64,000 nt of DNA from Candidatus Hydrogenedentota bacterium. GTDB lineage: Bacteria; Hydrogenedentota; Hydrogenedentia; Hydrogenedentales; SLHB01. How positions within the stretch are numbered: position 1 is the stretch's first letter; each line of letters begins with the position of its first letter. The translations under genes were made by a program, and so were the position numbers. The stretch covers positions 2,138 through 66,137 of the forward strand of contig DAOLNV010000004.1 of NCBI GenBank assembly GCA_035416745.1, read 5' to 3'. Below the pieces are notes generated by a model that ran no database searches, was not told the origin of the DNA, and was given only the letters and a program-made list of their open reading frames with translations. This document shows, piece by piece, positions 57,874 through 64,000 of this stretch.

Positions 57874-59886
57874 ATGAGTTTACGGCTTGTTTGTCTAGCT
57901 TCTATTGTGCTGTCTTGGGCGTTCGCGTTCGCGGAGGAACCCGCGAATCTCGCGGCCAATCCCGGGTTCGAAACGGCGGCGGACGGCGGTTTTCCCGCTC
58001 AGTGGAGCGGGAACACCGATGTGTACAGCAGAGACACCGCCGTCACGCGTTCCGGCGAAGCGTCGTTGAAGTTCCAGAACGCGGATCCGAACCGGTACGT
58101 ACTGTGCAGCCAGGCCCTCCAGCTCGAGGCCGGGTTGCGCTACGAGTTCTCGGCGTGGGTCAAGACCGAGAACATCGAAGGGAACGACAGCGGCGCGACG
58201 TTGTGCATCGAATACTGGGATAAGGACGGCAAGTATCTCGGCGGCGAATACCCCTCGGGCGTCAAAGGGACGAGCGATTGGACCCTGGTGCACGGCATTA
58301 CCCAGCGCATTCCGGAGGCGGCGGCCGGCCCGTGTCCGCTCGCGTGCTATGTGCGCCAAGGCATGACCGGAACCGCCTGGTGGGACGACCTGACGGTCAG
58401 CCGGTTTATCGAAGACCCGCTCTCGGCGGTGTTGAAGGCGCCGAATTACCGCAATGAAATCACCCGGAGGGGGCCAAGAGACGTGGTGCTCTTCGTGGAA
58501 CTGAACCTTCGCGACTATGCGCTGAAACTCGAGGACGTGTCGCTGCGGTGCGCCGTATATCCGGAGAACGGCGCCGAACCCGCGTTTACCGAACAGCTCG
58601 ACGCCATTGACGCTGCCTCGTTCGAAATCGCCCTGCGCTCGCGGAAATTCGAGAAGGGCAACAACCGGCTTGAAATCGCCTTGCTCGAGAAAAGCAGCGG
58701 CAAGACCTTCGCCACGGAGACCATCAACGTCAGGCGTGCCGGCGAACGGGTCACAAGAAAAGTGGATATTGACAATCACAACCGGCTCATTGTCGAAGGG
58801 AAACCTTTCTTCCCGCTGGGCATGTATTGGTCGGGCATTGACCAGGAACAGCTCGACCTCTACGCCGACAGTGCCTTCAACTGCCTCATGCCCTACGGCA
58901 TGCCGTCGAAGGAAGAGATGGACATGGCGGAAGCTAAGGGTCTCAAGGTGCTCTATTCGGTCAAGGACATCTATCACGGCACGGGGTATTGTCCCGATAT
59001 CATCAAGAGCCGTGACGACGAAGAGCCGTTCATCCGCGAAAGAGTCGAGGCGTTCAAGGAGCATCCCGCCCTGCTTGCGTGGTACATCAACGACGAACTG
59101 CCGCTGAGCATGCTCGACCGCCTCTCGGAGCGCCGCGGCCTGATGGAGCGCCTCGATCCGGATCATCCGACATGGGTGGTGTTGTATCAGGTGGACGATG
59201 TGCGGCAATACCTGCCCACATTCCACGCCATCGGTACCGACCCCTACCCCATCCCTAAACGGCCCGTGGCGCTCGCGGGCGAGTTCACGCGCAAAACCGT
59301 GGACGCCGTGTGCGGCGCCCGGCCCGTGTGGATGGTGCCGCAGGTGTTCAATTGGGCAAATTACCACGATACCCCCGAGGAGAAAGCGGAGCACCGCGCA
59401 CCGACACTCGAAGAGATGCGGTCCATGGCATGGCAGTGCATCGCCGAAGGCGCGAATGGACTCGTCTTCTACAGTTGGTTCGACCTGCGAAGAGATCCGG
59501 CCACGCCATTTGAAGAACAGTGGGCGAAGGTCAAGCAGGTGGCGGCGGGGATCGCCGCCATGACGCCCGCGCTTCTCTCGACTGAAGAACCCCCCGTCAT
59601 TGAGGTTGACGAAGAGGATTGGCTCAACTGGACCGTCAAGCAATACGAGGGCTCCGTGTATCTTATCGCGGTCAACAACGAGCCCGAGAAGCACGTTGCA
59701 ACGTTCCGCCTGCCGAAAAAGACGAAGAAAGCCATCGAGCTTGCGACAGGCGAGAAATGGCCCATGCCCGACCGCCGGCAACTCGAGCTGCAGTTCGAAC
59801 CGCTCGAGGTGCATATCGTCGCGTTGTACGGCATGGGGCGCGCGTGGAGCGTCGGCGTGTCCCTGAACCTCACCGTTGGATTGTAA
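57874..59886 (+). CDS. Secreted CBM4_9-like domain + clan GH-A-like (TIM barrel) glycoside hydrolase
   Basis: Has a signal peptide. NPGFE...W jelly-roll N-terminus. Later FPLGMYW and LLAWYINDELP (candidate acid/base NDE). Confidence 0.5.
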   Translation: MSLRLVCLASIVLSWAFAFAEEPANLAANPGFETAADGGFPAQWSGNTDVYSRDTAVTRSGEASLKFQNADPNRYVLCSQALQLEAGLRYEFSAWVKTENIEGNDSGATLCIEYWDKDGKYLGGEYPSGVKGTSDWTLVHGITQRIPEAAAGPCPLACYVRQGMTGTAWWDDLTVSRFIEDPLSAVLKAPNYRNEITRRGPRDVVLFVELNLRDYALKLEDVSLRCAVYPENGAEPAFTEQLDAIDAASFEIALRSRKFEKGNNRLEIALLEKSSGKTFATETINVRRAGERVTRKVDIDNHNRLIVEGKPFFPLGMYWSGIDQEQLDLYADSAFNCLMPYGMPSKEEMDMAEAKGLKVLYSVKDIYHGTGYCPDIIKSRDDEEPFIRERVEAFKEHPALLAWYINDELPLSMLDRLSERRGLMERLDPDHPTWVVLYQVDDVRQYLPTFHAIGTDPYPIPKRPVALAGEFTRKTVDAVCGARPVWMVPQVFNWANYHDTPEEKAEHRAPTLEEMRSMAWQCIAEGANGLVFYSWFDLRRDPATPFEEQWAKVKQVAAGIAAMTPALLSTEEPPVIEVDEEDWLNWTVKQYEGSVYLIAVNNEPEKHVATFRLPKKTKKAIELATGEKWPMPDRRQLELQFEPLEVHIVALYGMGRAWSVGVSLNLTVGL

Positions 59887-60105
59887 GAATCAGACCGCGG
59901 GAACTGTTCGCCGTGGCGTGGTTTCCCGACCACGCCGCTCATACGACCGAAGGTCTCCTGCTGCCATGCCGCCCGGGAAAGACCCGTCTTGCCCGTGGCA
60001 TCGCTCGCTTGGGCCAGTCTCGAACGCGCTGTGGCCTGGCTGCCGTTTCCCTGCTACAATCGCTTCCGATGACGGACATTGCATTACCGGACGAAAGGGC
60101 ATGTC

Positions 60106-61473
60106 ATGAGACCCACCAGCCGCCGTGATTTCCTCAAATATTCGACACGGACCATCGCCGCGCTGTCATCGGCCGCGACTTTTTCCCATACGGCGCGCGG
60201 GGAGCATGCCAAACGCGACACGGCCAATGACAAGATTGTGTTTGGCGTTATCGGACTAGGCGGCCGCGGCCGTGATTTATCCGCGGGCTTTGCCCGCCTT
60301 GACGATGCCGAAGTGGCGTATCTGTGCGATGTGGACCTCGGCCGCGTGGGCGATTTCCCCGATACGATTGCCCGTGAACAAGGGGGGCGGACGCCAAAGG
60401 TCGTGCAGGACATGCGGCGCATCTACGACGACCCGGACGTCGACGCGGTGGTGATCGCCACGTGCGACCATTGGCATGCCCTCGCGGCGGTCTGGGCCTG
60501 CCAGGCGGGCAAGGACGTGTACGTCGAGAAACCGCCGTCACACAATATCTGGGAAGGACGCAAGATGGTCGAGGCGGCGCGGAAATACAATCGCGTGGTG
60601 CAGGCAGGCACCCAGAATCGCAGCGCGCCGTACATTCATGAGGCGGCGGAATATATTCGCAGCGGCAGACTGGGCGAGGCGCCCCTGGTAAAGGTGTACA
60701 ACCTGAAACCCGGCGGGCAATTCCGCGTGCCGGAGGACAGTCCTCAACCCGAAGGGCTCGACTACGACATGTACCTCGGACCGGCGCCCAGCCGCCCGTT
60801 CAACGAAGCCCATTTTCATAGCGGGTGGAAGAAATTCTGGGCCTATTCGGGCGGGGACCTGGCTGACGACGGGATTCATCAACTGGATATTGCGCGGCTG
60901 TTGGTGGGCGATCCTGCGTACCCCAAGGCAGTCAATTGCAGCGGCGGGAAACTGGCTTTTAACGACGAGCGCGAGGTGCCCGACACGCAGGTGCTCTCGT
61001 TCGAGTACGAAAATGCCGTCGTCACGTTCGAATTGACCCAATATACGCCTTACATGCAAAAGACGCCGGATAGGATTCGCATGTCCGACGAGTTTCCCGC
61101 ATGGCGGTTGAACGCCACCCGGATCGAGGTCTATGGCAGCCGCGGCCTCATGTATGTCGGGCGGCACGGCGGCGGGTGGCAGGTTGTTACGTCGGATGAA
61201 CGCGTCAAAGAGCAAGCCCCCGGCCGCATGGAGAACGAGCGCCATCGCCGGAACTTCCTCGAATGCGTGCGCAGCCGCGAGAAGCCCAACGCCGATATCG
61301 AGATCGGGCACCTCAGCGCGGTGATGGTCCATTTGGGCAATATCGGCGTGCGGCTAGGCGGGCGCCGGCTCGTCATCGACCCGCAATCGGAGCGCATCGT
61401 GGGCGATGCCGAGGCGGACGCGCTGGTCAAGCGCGTGTACCGCGACCCCTACGTGGTGCCGGAGACGGTATAG
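60106..61473 (+). CDS. Gfo/Idh/MocA family oxidoreductase with Tat signal (paralog of 20315-21670)
   Basis: MRPTSRRDFLKYSTRTIAALSSAATF leader. ATCDHWHALAAVWACQAGKDVYVEKPPSHNIWEGRKMVEAARKYNRVVQAGTQNRSAPY closely parallels the 20315-21670 product. Confidence 0.85.
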   Translation: MRPTSRRDFLKYSTRTIAALSSAATFSHTARGEHAKRDTANDKIVFGVIGLGGRGRDLSAGFARLDDAEVAYLCDVDLGRVGDFPDTIAREQGGRTPKVVQDMRRIYDDPDVDAVVIATCDHWHALAAVWACQAGKDVYVEKPPSHNIWEGRKMVEAARKYNRVVQAGTQNRSAPYIHEAAEYIRSGRLGEAPLVKVYNLKPGGQFRVPEDSPQPEGLDYDMYLGPAPSRPFNEAHFHSGWKKFWAYSGGDLADDGIHQLDIARLLVGDPAYPKAVNCSGGKLAFNDEREVPDTQVLSFEYENAVVTFELTQYTPYMQKTPDRIRMSDEFPAWRLNATRIEVYGSRGLMYVGRHGGGWQVVTSDERVKEQAPGRMENERHRRNFLECVRSREKPNADIEIGHLSAVMVHLGNIGVRLGGRRLVIDPQSERIVGDAEADALVKRVYRDPYVVPETV

Positions 61474-61482
61474 GCGCGCCGG

Positions 61483-62712
61483 TCAGGCATTCCCGGGCGC
61501 CAGCGGCTGGGACTCGGGGAGACCCGCGGCGGCCAGACGAAAGGCCAGGCGTAGAAGACGGTTGCTCCCGCCCAGAAAGTCCGCAAGGCAGATGGTTGCG
61601 CGAACGCTTCGGCGGGATATCTTGACTTCGGCCCCCGACGTGAAATCACGCTGGCGGTTGATTTTCCGCAGGGTGAGCACGGCCATGCCAATCGCCCACA
61701 AGCAGAAATTGCGGATCCCGCGCTCGGACTTGGGAATCAGCAGCGTGTAATCGAGGGCGTTCTCGAGGTGGCGGCGCGCCACCGCGATGAGCTGGCCCAG
61801 CGCCGCATGGAATGCGGGGTCGCCCGCGGCGCTCTCGAGATTGCGCAGATCGAAGCCGGCGCGCGCGAACGTCACTTGCGGCAGCCAGCACACGCGGCGC
61901 TTCTTGTCGTCCCAGATGTCTTTAAGGATGTTGGTCATCTGGAGCCCCTGGCCGAACGAGATGGCGCGGCGCTCGAGCTCGTCTTTGCACGACGCAATGT
62001 CCCGCGAATGGGCGCAAAACAACTCGGTCAACATCTCCCCGACCACTCCCGCGACGTGGTAACAGTACGCGTCGAGGTGTTCTTGATCACGCAGTCCGTC
62101 GGTAAACCGGCCCTCCTGAAAATCCTCCATGCCCGCGGACATGATGCGGATGCACCTCTGCAGCGCAGCCTGGTCGGCGTCTGAGAAACTGTGGGTGATG
62201 CGCAACACGCGTTCGGTGTTGCGCACAAGATCGCGTTCCGCTTCGAGAGTGCTGCCCTGAAGCTTCGAGGCGAGTTCGCGGCCGAACTCACTGCTAGAAG
62301 CTTTTAGCTCGACCGCCCCCACGAACCAGTCGTAATACCGCCGTTTCTCCTCGAGGGTAAGCGTGTCTGAGTCCTCGATGGTATCGGCAATGCGGCACAA
62401 CAGATACGCGTTGCCGACCACCGCGCGAAGACCGGAAGGCAATTGGGGAATGGTCAGCGCAAACGTCCGCGATACCCCCTGCAAGATAGCGTTCTCATAC
62501 GCGAGATCCTCCACAAGGGCATCAGGGTGCGGCGTGTCTGTATTCACGGTGTCCACGGGCTGTTGCGCTTTCTGGAATACGTAATGCGGCTTGTCTGCCG
62601 CATAGAATAGTCGCGCCTTCAGAGGGCTGTCAATTCGTGGAACCGGAAACCTCTGAACCTGCGCGGCGAAACACAGCGCCTGGCCTTGTACCAGGCGGTG
62701 GCTTGGCCTCAT
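61483..62712 (-). CDS. Squalene/phytoene synthase family enzyme (squalene synthase-like)
   Basis: VSRTFALTIPQLP, CRIADTIED (first Asp-rich motif), YCYHVAGVVGEML and MTNILKDIWDD (second Asp-rich region). ATG at 62712 shares one base with the upstream stop (TGATG). Confidence 0.7.
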   Translation of the reverse strand: MRPSHRLVQGQALCFAAQVQRFPVPRIDSPLKARLFYAADKPHYVFQKAQQPVDTVNTDTPHPDALVEDLAYENAILQGVSRTFALTIPQLPSGLRAVVGNAYLLCRIADTIEDSDTLTLEEKRRYYDWFVGAVELKASSSEFGRELASKLQGSTLEAERDLVRNTERVLRITHSFSDADQAALQRCIRIMSAGMEDFQEGRFTDGLRDQEHLDAYCYHVAGVVGEMLTELFCAHSRDIASCKDELERRAISFGQGLQMTNILKDIWDDKKRRVCWLPQVTFARAGFDLRNLESAAGDPAFHAALGQLIAVARRHLENALDYTLLIPKSERGIRNFCLWAIGMAVLTLRKINRQRDFTSGAEVKISRRSVRATICLADFLGGSNRLLRLAFRLAAAGLPESQPLAPGNA

Positions 62713-63827
62713 CAGCACCGTCCGTACTTGTTGACGAGGTCGCGCATGCGGTGGATCCGGGATTCGTCGGCGCCGGGAGGGACCTGGTCCCCGGCGTTGG
62801 CGATGAGGCGCGGGCCGGATTCGCGCAGTTCGAGCCATTGCAGGACAGCCCGGTCAAAGGCGGCCACGTCAACACTGGGCAGCCACAGGTTAGGAGGCAC
62901 ACCGCCCGAGAGGATCATGTCCGGGCCCGCTTCCTCGCGGCAACCTTCCGGGCTGAGGTCGCCGGGGGCCCATGGCGTGACCGCGTCGGCGCAGTCGGCG
63001 CCGATGGCGCGAAACATGCCCAGGGCGCCGCGGAGGCGGCCGTCGATGTGGACCGCGGCGTATTTCCCGGCCCGGTGCAAACGCGCGATGGCTTCGGCAT
63101 AGTAAGGCCTCGACCACTCCTCGAAGAAGTAGGGCGGCTGGATATCGCTCGAGAAATTGTCTCCCATGATGATGATTTCCGCGGGAGACCGCGCGAGCAT
63201 ATCGACGCACTCGAGGAGGTTGGCGTTCACGGCGTCGGCGAACGCGCGCACGGGGCCGTGCATTTCGATGGTGGCGTAGATGGCGCCCTGCACGCCCATC
63301 CAGTAGTTGAGAAGGTGGCCCATGGCGCTGTAGCCCGTGGGGACATAGACCACGCCGGTGTCTCCCACCGCCCGGACCCATTCATCGTAGCGGTCCCAGT
63401 GCGGCACATACGTGCGTTGCGAGAGAGCATAGCCCAGAACATCGAGGTCGCGCTCGGACCGGACACCCCAATCCACGATGCCCCAGGCGTAGTTTTGCGG
63501 TTCCCAGCGCCGCCTGCGCGAGATGGCTCCCAGGGGCGTCTCGATCGTCCACGTGATATGACTTCCGTCCTCGGACTTGGCAACGGCGGCCGTTACATCC
63601 TCCGGATAACAGACGTCGTAGAACGATGGCAGTTGGGGAATGTAGAAGCCCGCACCGGTTTCCCTGTGATACGCGATGAGGTCGGTTTCCGGCTCGCTGT
63701 GAACGGCGCTCAGGTCCCACGGTTTCCGGTGCTTGTGATAGAACCAGTGGGAGAGATCGAGCATGTAGGGAACAAGGTCCGGGGTTTCCCCCCGGTAAAC
63801 CGACACGATACGCTCGCGAAGAGTCAT
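62712..63827 (-). CDS. Uroporphyrinogen decarboxylase (URO-D)-like family protein
   Basis: ATG at 63827 after GAGGAAG. MTLRERIVSVYRGETPDLVPYM is the typical N-terminus of URO-D/MtaA-like TIM-barrel proteins. Assignment is moderate. Confidence 0.45.
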   Translation of the reverse strand: MTLRERIVSVYRGETPDLVPYMLDLSHWFYHKHRKPWDLSAVHSEPETDLIAYHRETGAGFYIPQLPSFYDVCYPEDVTAAVAKSEDGSHITWTIETPLGAISRRRRWEPQNYAWGIVDWGVRSERDLDVLGYALSQRTYVPHWDRYDEWVRAVGDTGVVYVPTGYSAMGHLLNYWMGVQGAIYATIEMHGPVRAFADAVNANLLECVDMLARSPAEIIIMGDNFSSDIQPPYFFEEWSRPYYAEAIARLHRAGKYAAVHIDGRLRGALGMFRAIGADCADAVTPWAPGDLSPEGCREEAGPDMILSGGVPPNLWLPSVDVAAFDRAVLQWLELRESGPRLIANAGDQVPPGADESRIHRMRDLVNKYGRC

Positions 63828-64000
63828 GGATATCTTCCTCTCGGTGTTGGCGGTGACAGGATACCCGAGCCAGGCCTCACTATCCAGGCAGGCGAGTTGA
63901 TTGCCGCAAGTGTTTCCTGATAGCGTCTGGCCCGATTTCCGAACGCATTCCCCGTTGTCCACGCGTAATTTGAGGCCGGGGCAGCCACGCGCGGCCCCGC

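Noticed and set aside
57961-57976. GGTTCGAAACG string resembling a tRNA T-arm
   Set aside because: It lies inside the 57874-59886 CDS, has no flanking acceptor or anticodon stems, and deviates from GGTTCGAATCC.
62713-62838. N-terminal extension of the squalene-synthase ORF (MARTARIRPAPHRQRRGPGPSRRRR...)
   Set aside because: It overlaps the 3-prime end of the URO-D-like gene and is Arg/Pro low-complexity. The ATG at 62712 gives a classic TGATG coupling.
1-64000. Mobile elements, prophage, integrase, transposase or defence-system genes
   Set aside because: I recognised no DDE, tyrosine or serine recombinase motifs, reverse transcriptase, phage structural proteins or nuclease/ATPase defence signatures in any frame. 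The only accessory-looking patch is the small toxin-antitoxin islet at 43875-44759.

Overview
The window is visibly GC-rich bacterial chromosomal DNA (GC not computed). Its gene content is typical of a glycan-degrading PVC-like or Hydrogenedentota-like heterotroph. That content includes Tat-signal sulfatases and Gfo/Idh/MocA oxidoreductases, DUF1080, xylose-isomerase-like TIM barrels, BNR propellers, DUF4838 and an N-acylglucosamine 2-epimerase. I support about 50 CDS and found no rRNA, tRNA, CRISPR array, transposase or integrase. Recognisable modules are as follows. (1) A PilC/GspF platform gene lies next to a FliD-like fragment at the left edge. (2) A MarR / LplT-PlsC-AAS triple fusion / esterase lipid-repair operon. 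(3) A DtxR-FeoA-FeoA-FeoB operon followed by an untracked 53-aa Cys-rich peptide and a DUF4491 gene. (4) A tripartite tricarboxylate transporter with a fused TctC-TctB. (5) A squalene-synthase gene translationally coupled to a URO-D-like gene. (6) A small lower-GC islet with a frame-disrupted DUF4258 toxin, a coupled small partner and a Zn-ribbon ORF. The most unusual content is a family of seven paralogous pilin-like DUF1559 (H-X9-DG-type) genes. Two are on the minus strand (21910-24130) and five are in tandem on the plus strand (33944-40253). Each of the five tandem copies is its own transcription unit with a canonical sigma70-like promoter, a leader of about 180-190 nt and an intrinsic terminator. 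All five promoters carry a shared GAC-N5-GTC dyad just upstream of the -35. All five leaders carry an internal Shine-Dalgarno-like GGAGG/GGGAGG (GGGAGGTGATG in two, AGGAGGTGATG in one), and four of them a hand-folded hairpin just 5-prime of it. One minus-strand copy and the first plus-strand copy are near-identical and inverted, bracketing about 9.8 kb, and one paralog looks mosaic. All function calls come from motif recognition by eye; no searches were run.
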